This document shows positions 1-8,665 of a DNA stretch of 38,582 nucleotides, piece by piece; positions within the stretch are counted from its first letter, which is position 1; each line of letters opens with the position of its first letter. Under the pieces are notes generated by a model. That model saw nothing but the letters and a program-made list of their open reading frames with translations, had not been told where the DNA came from and made no database searches. Where the stretch lies: positions 1 to 38,582 of the IMG/VR virus record IMGVR_UViG_3300041809_000972. One strand, given 5' to 3'. Origin of the DNA: a virus. Its lineage: Duplodnaviria; Caudoviricetes. A program made the translations under genes and the position numbers.

Positions 1-2
1 GT

Positions 3-275
3 GAGACCGTCTTCCGCGTCCGTGACGCGCTAGATCGGCTTCCGACTGATGCGGCGGAGTTCATCCGGATGCGGCACGGGATCGACCCGTACGAACCGCA
101 TACACGGATCGAGGCGGCACGCGAGCTCGGCATAACGGGTAAGGAAGCCACGGCCCTCGAAGCCACAGCCACAGCAGCTCTCCGAGACCTGCTCGGCGAC
201 CTCGAGTACGAGCCGCCGCTACAACCCTGCATCGAGCTAGGACCCGAGGAGGTCGACGTTGTCTGCTCCCGCTAA
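3..275 (+). CDS. RNA polymerase sigma factor, C-terminal region 4 (5' end outside window)
   Basis: Frame is open from the window edge: ETVFRVRDALDRLPTDAAEFIRMRHGIDPYEPHTRIEAARELGITGKEATALEATATAALRDLL. This matches the sigma-70 region 4 HTH pattern (aL~~L...i~lr~G.....T~~E~a~~lgi....E~~A~~~Lr). Confidence 0.7.
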   Translation, partial: ETVFRVRDALDRLPTDAAEFIRMRHGIDPYEPHTRIEAARELGITGKEATALEATATAALRDLLGDLEYEPPLQPCIELGPEEVDVVCSR

Positions 276-495
276 AACCAAGGAGATGACCCACGAGGAG
301 TTCGCGAGGCTCGTGATCCGCAAGACGGAACTCGATGCCGAACTCAAGGCGGTCCGAGAGGTGATCAAGCGCTGCCCGTTCGAGTTGCCATTTGCGCTGA
401 AAATCGATGACAACATCGTGTCGGTGAAGCCGCCCCAGTACGTGAACGGAATGCCGAAAGTGGAGGTCATACCTCTGCTGGGGATCGGCTCGTGA
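259..495 (+). CDS. hypothetical protein (78 aa)
   Basis: GAGGAGG upstream; GTGA overlap with the next gene. Confidence 0.6.
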   Translation: MSAPAKTKEMTHEEFARLVIRKTELDAELKAVREVIKRCPFELPFALKIDDNIVSVKPPQYVNGMPKVEVIPLLGIGS

Positions 496-1367
496 TCATC
501 CTCATCGAGGGGATCGACCGAACTGGTAAGTCCACCCTCGCCGATCGCCTCAGTGCCTTCACGGGCGGGACTATTTTCCACTTCAGCAAGCCTGAAACCC
601 ACCCGCTGTACGAGTACACAGCGTCGCTCGCAACATACGACCCGGTCAGGTCCACCGTGATCCTCGACCGGAGCCACGTCGGGGAGAGCGTCTGGCCGCT
701 GGTGTTCGACCGGCCGTCGAAGCTCGACGAGCCGATGCGACGGTGGCTCAACATGTTCTACATGTCGCGGGGCGCTGTGCTGCTACATGCGGTGCGCGCC
801 GTCGATCAGGCGACGGCCGACGAGTACGAGGCGGCCGGTGAGCCCATCTACCTACTCGGAGACATCGACTACGCAGCGAACCTGTACCGCTCGGTCGTGT
901 CGGAGACGGGACTTCCCGTGTGGGAGTACGAGCACGGTGGCTGGCCCGGCGCGGCCCTGCACGAGGCCGCTCGGCGCTCCGTGATCGCAAGCGAACTGAT
1001 GGGCGTCACACCGCGATGGGTCGGGTCGCCCGCACCGCGGCTCCTCATCGTGGGCCCACACGACAGCCACCGCGCGATGCCGTCCATGCCGTATGAGGAT
1101 ACGGATGCGCACTTCCTACTGGGCGAGCTCAGCGGGTGGAGGCAGTGCGCACTCGTGAACGCGGTCCGACCGGACGGCGAGGGTGTTGAACCCCTGAAAG
1201 CCCTGTGGCGTGGGCTCGGTTCGCCGGCGGTCGTGGCCATCGGAGGCGAGGCAGCGGATACCGTCAGATCATGCGGGATGGCTCCCGATGATGTGATCGG
1301 AGACCTGCACGGTTGGCGTAGGACGACATCGGGCAACCTCGGCGAGTACCTAGGGAGGATCGTATGA
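492..1367 (+). CDS. dNMP (thymidylate-kinase-like) P-loop kinase fused to a degenerate uracil-DNA-glycosylase-like domain
   Basis: IILIEGIDRTGKST P-loop and ILDRSHVGESVW (TMK DR motif). C-terminal half has PRWVGSPAPRLLIVG...ALVNA...VVAIGGEA, a UDG-superfamily layout. Confidence 0.75.
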   Translation: MIILIEGIDRTGKSTLADRLSAFTGGTIFHFSKPETHPLYEYTASLATYDPVRSTVILDRSHVGESVWPLVFDRPSKLDEPMRRWLNMFYMSRGAVLLHAVRAVDQATADEYEAAGEPIYLLGDIDYAANLYRSVVSETGLPVWEYEHGGWPGAALHEAARRSVIASELMGVTPRWVGSPAPRLLIVGPHDSHRAMPSMPYEDTDAHFLLGELSGWRQCALVNAVRPDGEGVEPLKALWRGLGSPAVVAIGGEAADTVRSCGMAPDDVIGDLHGWRRTTSGNLGEYLGRIV

Positions 1368-1609
1368 ACGTGAAGATCACACCCGGCGAGCACGAACCCG
1401 AGCGGATCGAGGTGACCCTCTCCCGGCGTAACCTCCTGTCCCTGCTCGCGAAGCTGGACGGCCACCCGCCGAACTCGGCCTGCACCATCGACCGCAACAT
1501 ACGGGAAACTGACCTCGTCGTGGTCGCACAGGAGGATGAGGACCACTACGCGGATCGGCAGGTCGCGCGCGGCATCATGCACCCGGATACCGAGGAGGCG
1601 ATCGCGTGA
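1364..1609 (+). CDS. hypothetical protein (81 aa)
   Basis: GGGAGG RBS; 4-nt overlaps with the genes on both sides. Confidence 0.65.
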   Translation: MNVKITPGEHEPERIEVTLSRRNLLSLLAKLDGHPPNSACTIDRNIRETDLVVVAQEDEDHYADRQVARGIMHPDTEEAIA

Positions 1610-2418
1610 GGAAGACGAACAAGCGCTGGCAGAGCAAGCTCGAGGAGCTCCTCGATGACGGCATGACGGTCTCACCGCGGGGTAAAGAGACGCGCGAGCA
1701 GCTCGCAGGTCAGTACCGTGTGCCGATGCCCGCTTACCTATCGCTGGCCGCGCGGAAGGTCAACATCCCGTTCCTCCTCGCGGAGCCTGCGTGGATCCTG
1801 TCCGGCAGCAACCGGCTCAAGGATCTGATGCCGTACATGCGCGCCTACCAAACGTTCAGTGACGACGGTGTGTTCCTGCGGGGGGCGTACGGTCCCAAGA
1901 TCGTCGATCAGCTCCACTTCATCGTGGACTCGCTCGCCGAGGACGAATCGTCGCGTCAGGCGTACCTGAACATCTGGCGTGAGCGCCCGCAGAAGGCTGC
2001 CGACATCGCGTGCACGACCGGGATGCAGTTCGTAATCCGAGGCGGCGCACTACACTGCATCACGACGATGCGGTCCCAGGACATCGTGCAGGGTTTCACC
2101 TTCGACGTGTTCATCTTCTCGTGCGTCGCCGAGGCGGTCCGCCTCCTCCTCGCTGAGCGGGGTGTGCACGTGGTGCTCGGCGACCTTACGGTCACCGCGG
2201 GATCGATGCACCTGTACCGCGATCCGTTCGGGAAGGGGGATGACCAGTTCGCGAAGGCGCGGTCATGGGTGTCAGCCACCACCGAGGATTCGACCGTCGA
2301 GCGCTACGTCACGGTTGCTTTCCAAGCCAAATCGTTCGACGGGTTCATCAGCCAGCTGTGGCAGTCGGCGAACGACGCAAAAACAGAGATCGCGCTCCGT
2401 GCCAGGTCCGCTGGATAA
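1606..2418 (+). CDS. thymidylate synthase-fold enzyme, probable dCMP hydroxymethylase (or dCMP C5-modifying enzyme)
   Basis: AEPAWILSG, GAYGPKI, SRQA, catalytic Cys in DIACT, MRSQDIVQGFTFD and GSMHLY. The specificity position is Asp (codon 2104-2106), as in T4 gp42 RSNDVVFGFRND, not Asn as in ThyA. Confidence 0.8.
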   Translation: MRKTNKRWQSKLEELLDDGMTVSPRGKETREQLAGQYRVPMPAYLSLAARKVNIPFLLAEPAWILSGSNRLKDLMPYMRAYQTFSDDGVFLRGAYGPKIVDQLHFIVDSLAEDESSRQAYLNIWRERPQKAADIACTTGMQFVIRGGALHCITTMRSQDIVQGFTFDVFIFSCVAEAVRLLLAERGVHVVLGDLTVTAGSMHLYRDPFGKGDDQFAKARSWVSATTEDSTVERYVTVAFQAKSFDGFISQLWQSANDAKTEIALRARSAG

Positions 2419-4174
2419 CACCGAAGTCCACCTCGTAGAGAACCTCGAGGACCTCGACCGCCTACGCACCTGGCTGGGCGAACGACGCGAGTGGCTCGCG
2501 TGCGACATCGAGACCGAGGGGCTGAACGTGGGTAGGGACGCGATCCGCCTCTGCCAGCTCGGTGATAAGAACCACGGGTGGGCGATCCCGTGGGCCGACT
2601 GGCGCGGAGCAGTGAAGGACATGCTACCGGTGTACGACGGGAAAGTGGTCTTCCACAACGCACTCTTCGACACGCGCTTCCTCAAGCGTGACGGCGTGGT
2701 GATCCCGCAGCACCGTGTGCACGACACGTACCCGATGGCCCACCTCGTGGACCCGCGTTCGGGCGTGTCGCTGAAGGGTGGCGGTGCACGCTACGTCGAC
2801 GCGCGCGCATACATGGGAAGCAGCGGCTTGTCCGATGCGTACAAGGCGGGTAAATGGGACTGGAGGACAATCCCCATCGACCATCCGGCCTTCTGGGTCT
2901 ACAGCGCGATGGACACGGTTCTCACGGCTCTCCTGGCTGAGGAGCTCTGGCCACAGATTCAGCCGTTCATGAAAGTCTACGAGGTCGAGATGGCCGCGAT
3001 ACACGTGCTGCGCGATGCTGGCCTACGTGGCATGGCGATCGACCTCGACTACACGCGGCGCGAGCGGGCGTTCCTCGAAAACAGGGTCGAGCAGCTGCGC
3101 GCCCACCTGCCGTTCGAACCGTCCAAGGAGGCGCAGGTCATTGAATGGCTCCAGTCGAAAGGTGCGGTCCTAGTGGAGAGGACTGACGCCGGGAACCTGT
3201 CCGTGGACGACGACGTCCTCGAGGAACAGGAAGCCTACTTCCCCGAGGTACGCACGCTGCGTGAGTGCCGCAAACGTGAACGGATGGTGAACAACTACTT
3301 CAAGAAGTTCGAGGATGAAAACGTCGGCGGTGTTCTCTACCCGTCCGTGAAGGTCCTCGCAGCCAAGACCGCACGCATGTCCGTCACCGACCCCCCGCTG
3401 CAGACGCTGCCACGCGGCCAGATGGTCCGCAACTGTTTCGTCCCACGTAGCGAGGGCAGCAGCCTGATCCTCGCCGACTATGACGCATGCGAGCTCAGGG
3501 TCCTCGCATCCTTCGCCGAAGAACGCCCGATGATCGAAGCCTTCGAACGAGGTGAGGACCTGCACACGTGGGTGGCATCGCAGGCGTACGAAGTCCCCAT
3601 CAGCGAGGTCACGAAGCCGCAGCGGCAGGTCTCGAAGAACACGCAGTACGCGCGGGTGTACGGTGCGGGGAACGCGAAGATCGCTCTGACCGCCGGGGTG
3701 CCCGTGGATGTCATCGATCGGTTCATGGTCAAGTACAACGAACTTTTTCCGGGCGTACAGGATTGGATGATGGCCACCATCGCGCAGGTCCGTAGCAGTA
3801 GCTTCAAAGGTGACTCGAAGACAGGATACGTGGAGACGATCCTCGGGCGGAGGCTGCCCGTCGAAAAGAGCAAGGCGTTCAAGGGCATAAACTACCTCAT
3901 CCAGTCGTCGGCCACAGCGGACCTCCTCAAGCTGAAGCTGGTGGAACTCGCAGCGGCCGGGTTGGGTGACAAGATCCTCCTGCCCGTCCACGACGAGGTC
4001 GTCTTCGAAGCGTCCGACGATGAGCTCGAGGATGTGGTCGCCACCATCCACGATGTGTTCCCGGAGCACCGCCTCTTCCAGTGCCCGATCGCCATCGACG
4101 TCAACACGACGAAGCGCTGGGGTAGCAAGTACGCGGGTATGGATAGCCCGCTATTCGAGGAGTACGCAGCGTGA
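2399..4174 (+). CDS. polA: DNA polymerase family A with 3'-5' exonuclease domain
   Basis: ExoI CDIETEG, ExoII HNALFD, ExoIII YSAMD; motif A DYDACELR, motif B RQVSKNTQYARVYG, motif C VHDE. Start placed at GTG 2399; the 2162 start in the ORF track overlaps the upstream gene heavily. Confidence 0.95.
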   Translation: MPGPLDNTEVHLVENLEDLDRLRTWLGERREWLACDIETEGLNVGRDAIRLCQLGDKNHGWAIPWADWRGAVKDMLPVYDGKVVFHNALFDTRFLKRDGVVIPQHRVHDTYPMAHLVDPRSGVSLKGGGARYVDARAYMGSSGLSDAYKAGKWDWRTIPIDHPAFWVYSAMDTVLTALLAEELWPQIQPFMKVYEVEMAAIHVLRDAGLRGMAIDLDYTRRERAFLENRVEQLRAHLPFEPSKEAQVIEWLQSKGAVLVERTDAGNLSVDDDVLEEQEAYFPEVRTLRECRKRERMVNNYFKKFEDENVGGVLYPSVKVLAAKTARMSVTDPPLQTLPRGQMVRNCFVPRSEGSSLILADYDACELRVLASFAEERPMIEAFERGEDLHTWVASQAYEVPISEVTKPQRQVSKNTQYARVYGAGNAKIALTAGVPVDVIDRFMVKYNELFPGVQDWMMATIAQVRSSSFKGDSKTGYVETILGRRLPVEKSKAFKGINYLIQSSATADLLKLKLVELAAAGLGDKILLPVHDEVVFEASDDELEDVVATIHDVFPEHRLFQCPIAIDVNTTKRWGSKYAGMDSPLFEEYAA

Positions 4175-4248
4175 TCCTCGACATCGCAGCCATGTACGTC
4201 CTCCTCACCGTCCTGATCGTGTGGTGCCTATGGAAGTTGCACTCGTGA
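4171..4248 (+). CDS. putative 25-aa membrane peptide
   Basis: GTGA overlap with the polA stop, GAGGAG upstream; MILDIAAMYVLLTVLIVWCLWKLHS is one hydrophobic helix. Confidence 0.4.
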   Translation: MILDIAAMYVLLTVLIVWCLWKLHS

Positions 4249-4269
4249 TATCTAACCTAAAGGAGACGA

Positions 4270-4482
4270 ATGAAACGTAGGCTCATAGCATTCATCGCGA
4301 TGATGCTCGTCATCGCACTCGCAGCCATTGGTGTCGCATACGCGACGGGCGGTAGCGAACCGAACCTCGTCGTCAAAACACCGACCGCACTCACCTCGGT
4401 CGGAGCGAACACGCTGACGGAACCATCATCGACTTCCGCATCTGGCAAAGGTGAAGGCGAATACACGCAGCGGACCTTCTGA
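4270..4482 (+). CDS. small secreted or membrane-anchored protein
   Basis: AAGGAG RBS; signal-peptide-like N-terminus MKRRLIAFIAMMLVIALAAIGVAYA, then a Thr/Ser-rich tail. Confidence 0.65.
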   Translation: MKRRLIAFIAMMLVIALAAIGVAYATGGSEPNLVVKTPTALTSVGANTLTEPSSTSASGKGEGEYTQRTF

Positions 4483-5009
4483 TGAGGGTCGCCCACTTCT
4501 ACCACGCCTGGTGCAACGGTGCCTGGCACAACCCAATATGCGAGCACCTGGACGCACTTGCTGAGAGCGGCTTTCCGTCGCCCGTGCATCTGGGCGTGGT
4601 GGGTGGGCCCAACGAACGAGGTAGGTGCATCGCCGCATTCGGCTCTACTGTGAAGGTGGTGGCCGAGGAGCGGTACGGGTTCGAGCAGGTCACGCTTATG
4701 CAGCTGCGCCACTACGCACATTATCACGACGGTGCCGTGATGTACGCGCACACAAAGACCGACCCGGAGTGGCGACGGCTGATGACCGATCACATCGTCC
4801 GGGACTGGCGGATCTACCTCGCGAAGCTCGAGGAGTACGATCTCGCCGGACACTGGTGGAGGATGGAGCCTGACATGCACTTCTCTGGCAACTTCTGGAT
4901 GGCGACGTGCGCCTACATACGCACGCTGCCGCCGATCCGCAACACCAACCGGCACGACGCTGAGAAGTGGCTCGGGCTTGGTGACCCGCGCGTGGAGGGA
5001 AAGCCATGA
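4482..5009 (+). CDS. conserved viral protein, probable glycosyltransferase-like (RgpF-like) fold
   Basis: FEQVTL, VMYAHTK, WRRLM, HFSGNFW, YIRTLP and RHDAEKWLG motifs, recalled from a phage/giant-virus family found in glycosylation clusters. Confidence 0.5.
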   Translation: MRVAHFYHAWCNGAWHNPICEHLDALAESGFPSPVHLGVVGGPNERGRCIAAFGSTVKVVAEERYGFEQVTLMQLRHYAHYHDGAVMYAHTKTDPEWRRLMTDHIVRDWRIYLAKLEEYDLAGHWWRMEPDMHFSGNFWMATCAYIRTLPPIRNTNRHDAEKWLGLGDPRVEGKP

Positions 5010-5254
5010 GGACGACCGCTGATCACCTCACCGCACTGGAAGTACCCGAGAGTGAGTGGGACCGCATCGTCGAGGAGAACGCCCGGGTGCATAGCGTACC
5101 GGTGCGAATGCCAAACGGTCAGCTGCTCGTGGTCACGGTGCAGGACGACCAGCCGGATGACAACGCCCTCGCGATCCTGTACTGCCTCGCTGAAATGGAA
5201 GAGTGCGGCGGAGGATCTGATGTGCCCGCTGCCTACGGATTGAGGTCCGCATGA
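5006..5254 (+). CDS. hypothetical protein
   Basis: GGAGGG RBS; ATGA overlaps. Confidence 0.55.
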   Translation: MRTTADHLTALEVPESEWDRIVEENARVHSVPVRMPNGQLLVVTVQDDQPDDNALAILYCLAEMEECGGGSDVPAAYGLRSA

Positions 5255-5703
5255 GAGTGTTCGCCGTAGACCCGGGAGGCAGCACGGGCTTCGCTGAATG
5301 GCGTGACGGGAGGTTCCGCGCGTGGTGGGAGCCGTGGGAAGAAGCGTGTGCTACCGTGCACCGCGAGCTCGCGACAGACGTCGACCACTGCGTGTTCGAG
5401 AGCTTCCACATCTCCGCGCAGACGGCGAAGAAGAGCACAGCAGGCTCGCTGCAGGCCATCGAGCTGATCGGCATCGGTCGATACCTCTCGCGAGCCTACG
5501 ATGTGACCTTCACGACGCAGTCCCCGAGTGAAGCGAAGATGTTCGCGACGGATGCGAAGCTGCGGGCGCTCGGTATGTGGACGAAGGGCGTAGACCATCC
5601 TCGAGACGCCACACGCCATCTCGTCCTGTTCCTATGCAACCGGCGCATCATCGACCTCGTGCAGCTGCGCAGGTCGCTCGATGCAGCCGTGAAGATACGG
5701 TAG
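5251..5703 (+). CDS. RuvC-like Holliday junction resolvase
   Basis: VFAVDPGGSTGFA, VFESF and DHPRDATRHL supply the RNase H-fold acidic residues. Confidence 0.8.
   Translation: MRVFAVDPGGSTGFAEWRDGRFRAWWEPWEEACATVHRELATDVDHCVFESFHISAQTAKKSTAGSLQAIELIGIGRYLSRAYDVTFTTQSPSEAKMFATDAKLRALGMWTKGVDHPRDATRHLVLFLCNRRIIDLVQLRRSLDAAVKIR
5680..5701 (+). promoter_or_regulatory. candidate class III promoter; TACGGT -10 followed 6 nt later by ATG (likely leaderless)
   Basis: GATGCAGCCGTGAAGATACGGT is similar to GATGAAGCTGTGAGGATACTAT at 32292-32313; no RBS before ATG 5708. Confidence 0.4.
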
Positions 5704-5707
5704 CCAT

Positions 5708-7477
5708 ATGTACGTCGAGCGAGGCGGCGACAGGATCTGGTGCTTTGTTGAGTTCCGTGAACAGGAACTCATTCAGAAGATCCCTGGCGCAAAATGGGAC
5801 AAAGATAACAGCCTGTGGTGGGTGCCACTCAGCTGGGCTTCCTGCCAGCAGCTGCGTGGCGTCTTCGGACCCAACCTGAGCATCGGACCGGACTTGACGG
5901 CGTGGGCCACCTACGAGTTGCAGACGCGCGTGCAGCCCTGCCTCGCACTGCGCGACGCCGAGGACGCGGTCCTCCCGGAGAACCTCCTACCGAAAGACCT
6001 TCCCAAGGCGGGTGAGACCTTCAACGGTGAGCTCGTCGAGCAGGATTGGGACCTGGAGCCCAGGCAGCGCGCAGGCGTGCGGTTCCTCGCCACCGCACGT
6101 CGAGCAGCGCTCTGCGATGGGATGGGGTCCGGTAAGACCGTGCAGACCATCTGCGCCCTACGCCTACTCGAGATCGAGGGGCAGGATCCGTTCCCGGCCG
6201 TGGTGGTCTGTCCGAACTCCATGAAGAAGACCTGGGAGAAGGAGTGGGCCCTGTGGGACCCCCGCCGGAAGGTTCAGGTCGTCTCGGGCGGAGCCGCACA
6301 GCGCCGTAAGCAGCTTGCATCCGGCGCCGACGTGTTCATCTTCAACTGGGAGTCGCTTCGCTACCACACGCGGGTAGCGGGGTACGGGTCCATCCGACTC
6401 ACCGATTCGGAGAAGGAGCCGAAAGAGCTGCAGCAGATCCCGCTTCGGACCTTCATCGCTGACGAGTCGCACCGTGCGAAGAACCCGTCCGCGAAGCAGA
6501 CCCGCGCAGCGTGGCAGGTCGCACGGCAGTGCGAGCATCGCTTCGCGTTGACCGGCACGCCCGTCGCGAACAGCCCAGAGGACACGTGGGCGATCATGCA
6601 CATGGTCGAACCCGACGAATGGCCGGCGAAGGGTCAGTTTCTCGACAGGTACGCCCTGCAGTCGTGGAGCCAGTTCGGGTTCATGAACGTCGTCGGGATC
6701 CGCGGCGACGTCCGTGACGAGTTCTTGCGCATCCTCGACCCGCGCTTCCTGCGGCGCCCGACCGCCATCGTCGTGCCCGGCCTGAAGGCGAAGCTCCCGC
6801 TGCAGGTGCGCGAGGTGGACCTCCTGCCGAAGCAGCGCAAAGCGTACGACCAGCTGAAGAAGGAGCTCCTCGCCGAGCTCGAGTCCGGGGTCCTGATGGC
6901 CACGAACCCGCTGACGCGCATGACCCGCCTCGTGCAGCTTGCCGCCTCGTACGGTGAGGTCGATGAACACGGGAACCTGACGCTGACCGAGCCGTCGTCC
7001 AAGCTCGACGCGCTGATGGAGATCCTCGAAGAGATCGGCGAGGATGAGCAGGCGGTCGTGTTCGCCGAGTCGCGCCAGCTGATCGAGCTCGCGGCGGCCA
7101 GGCTCGACAAGGCGAAGATCACGAAGGGGATGATCACGGGTGCCATCGATGTGCACCGTCGCCAGTCCGCCGTGGACGACTTCCAGGGTGGACGCTCCCG
7201 TGTGATCCTCGCGACCCTCGGCGCCGGTGGTGAGGGCATCACCCTCACGGCCGCACGGCACAGCATCTTCCTCCAGCGCAGCTTTTCGCTCGTGAAGAAC
7301 CTCCAGGCCGAGGATCGCATCTGGCGCAAGGGGCAGATGCGCGAGGTGCAGCGCATCGACATCATGGCGGCGAACACAATCGAGCAGCACGTGTTCGACG
7401 TCGGCCTTGAAAAGCAGGCGCGGCTCGAGGAGATCTGCCGCGATGAGGAGACCCTGCGGAGGTGGCTCGATGGCTGA
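5708..7477 (+). CDS. SNF2-family DNA helicase/ATPase
   Basis: CDGMGSGKTVQ (motif I), IADESH (II), LTGTPVAN (III), GGEGITLTAA (V), QAEDRIWRKGQ (VI). N-terminal IPGAKWDKDNSLWWVP domain. Confidence 0.92.
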   Translation: MYVERGGDRIWCFVEFREQELIQKIPGAKWDKDNSLWWVPLSWASCQQLRGVFGPNLSIGPDLTAWATYELQTRVQPCLALRDAEDAVLPENLLPKDLPKAGETFNGELVEQDWDLEPRQRAGVRFLATARRAALCDGMGSGKTVQTICALRLLEIEGQDPFPAVVVCPNSMKKTWEKEWALWDPRRKVQVVSGGAAQRRKQLASGADVFIFNWESLRYHTRVAGYGSIRLTDSEKEPKELQQIPLRTFIADESHRAKNPSAKQTRAAWQVARQCEHRFALTGTPVANSPEDTWAIMHMVEPDEWPAKGQFLDRYALQSWSQFGFMNVVGIRGDVRDEFLRILDPRFLRRPTAIVVPGLKAKLPLQVREVDLLPKQRKAYDQLKKELLAELESGVLMATNPLTRMTRLVQLAASYGEVDEHGNLTLTEPSSKLDALMEILEEIGEDEQAVVFAESRQLIELAAARLDKAKITKGMITGAIDVHRRQSAVDDFQGGRSRVILATLGAGGEGITLTAARHSIFLQRSFSLVKNLQAEDRIWRKGQMREVQRIDIMAANTIEQHVFDVGLEKQARLEEICRDEETLRRWLDG

Positions 7478-7754
7478 CATCGAGGAGCTCGTCCTGGCTG
7501 ATGTGAAGCGGGTCCACCTGAACCCGGGCGACGTCCTCGTGCTGCGGGTGGACGAGATTCCGCTGAGCGAGGATGCGATGAAGCCGTTCAGCGCCTACGA
7601 AGCCTTGGAGGCGTTCCTGCACGATACCTTTCCACACAACAAGTGCGTCATCATGGACGGCACGTCCGACATCGAGGTCGTCGGTGCGCCGGACTGGGAT
7701 GAAGTGGCACGCGAGGTAGCAAGGAGGTCCCGTGAGCACGCTGCGCGCGCCTGA
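7470..7754 (+). CDS. hypothetical protein
   Basis: GGAGGT RBS before ATG 7470 (MADIEELVLAD...). Confidence 0.6.
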   Translation: MADIEELVLADVKRVHLNPGDVLVLRVDEIPLSEDAMKPFSAYEALEAFLHDTFPHNKCVIMDGTSDIEVVGAPDWDEVAREVARRSREHAARA

Positions 7755-8319
7755 CGACCTGACGGGGCACATCGAGCTCCGCTCCGGGTCCTTCCTCAAC
7801 TTCCACGATCCGGACCCGACCCACATCACGCTGGACGACGTGGCGCACGGGCTCTCCCACATCTGCCGCTACACGGGGCAGTGCACGATCTTCTACTCCG
7901 TCGCGGAGCACGCGGTCATCGTGTCGCGTCGGCTCGAGTACCTCGGGTTCGATCGCGACGTTCAGTGGTCGGGCCTCCACCACGACGACGCCGAGGCGTT
8001 CGTCGGGGACGTGAACCGACCGCTGAAGGGCATGCTACCCGAATACAAAGCCATCGAACGTCGGGTGTGGCTCGCCGTGAACGAGGCGCTCGGCCTCGGG
8101 CTCACTGATCCGCAGCCGCGTGCCGTGAAGGATGCGGACAACTGGGCGCTATCCGCGGAGGCTTATCACTTGCTTCCCTCCGGCGGTGCGTCGTGGTTTT
8201 CAGCGGGTCTGTACGACCCGGATAACGACCCGTTTCCGCTGGGAGGATTGACCCCCGGACAGGCGAAGGTGTCGTGGCTCGAACGTCATCACGAACTGGA
8301 GGAAGCAGATGGACGGTAA
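7732..8319 (+). CDS. HD-domain 5'-deoxynucleotidase (YfbR/YfdR-like)
   Basis: LSHICRYTGQ..FYSVAEHAV, LHHDDAEAFVGDVNRPLK and VKDAD; AAGGAGGT RBS. Confidence 0.85.
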   Translation: MSTLRAPDDLTGHIELRSGSFLNFHDPDPTHITLDDVAHGLSHICRYTGQCTIFYSVAEHAVIVSRRLEYLGFDRDVQWSGLHHDDAEAFVGDVNRPLKGMLPEYKAIERRVWLAVNEALGLGLTDPQPRAVKDADNWALSAEAYHLLPSGGASWFSAGLYDPDNDPFPLGGLTPGQAKVSWLERHHELEEADGR

Positions 8320-8665
8320 CGACATTCTCAGCGAGGCCCACGGCATCATCCGTGGCGAGCGGTTGCAGCACTACGGGCCACCGACCAGGAACTTCCGACG
8401 CATCGCTGACGGATGGTCGGCGTACCTCGGGTTGGATACGGCCGTGGACGAGCTCGTGGACGATCTGAACGCGGGGAACCTCGACGACCTGCGCACGAAG
8501 CTCGAAGGGTTCAAGACGCACCTCACCGTCAACGACGTGTGCGCGCTGATGGTCATCCTCAAGCAGATGCGGATGGCCGACAACGGGTACCACCGCGACT
8601 CGGCCGTGGACACATGTGGGTACGCGGCACTACAGGAGATCCTCGAGGAGGGAGTGGGGCTATGA
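8309..8665 (+). CDS. DUF6378-like protein (all-alpha, predicted nucleotide pyrophosphohydrolase fold)
   Basis: ILSEAHGIIRGERLQHYGPPTRNFRRIADGWSAYLG...MVILKQMR...HRDSAVDTCGYAAL. Confidence 0.75.
   Translation: MDGNDILSEAHGIIRGERLQHYGPPTRNFRRIADGWSAYLGLDTAVDELVDDLNAGNLDDLRTKLEGFKTHLTVNDVCALMVILKQMRMADNGYHRDSAVDTCGYAALQEILEEGVGL

Noticed and set aside
2162-2398. N-terminal extension of PolA given in the ORF track
   Set aside because: It overlaps the TS-fold gene and has shadow-frame composition; GTG 2399 is more plausible.
1606-2418. Ordinary thyA or dUMP hydroxymethylase
   Set aside because: The specificity residue is Asp rather than Asn, and no dihydrofolate reductase or dCMP deaminase is seen in the window.
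7732-8665. Z-genome (2-aminoadenine) pathway from HD hydrolase plus MazG-like gene
   Set aside because: No PurZ/adenylosuccinate-synthetase homolog is in the window, and the HD protein looks like the common YfdR type.
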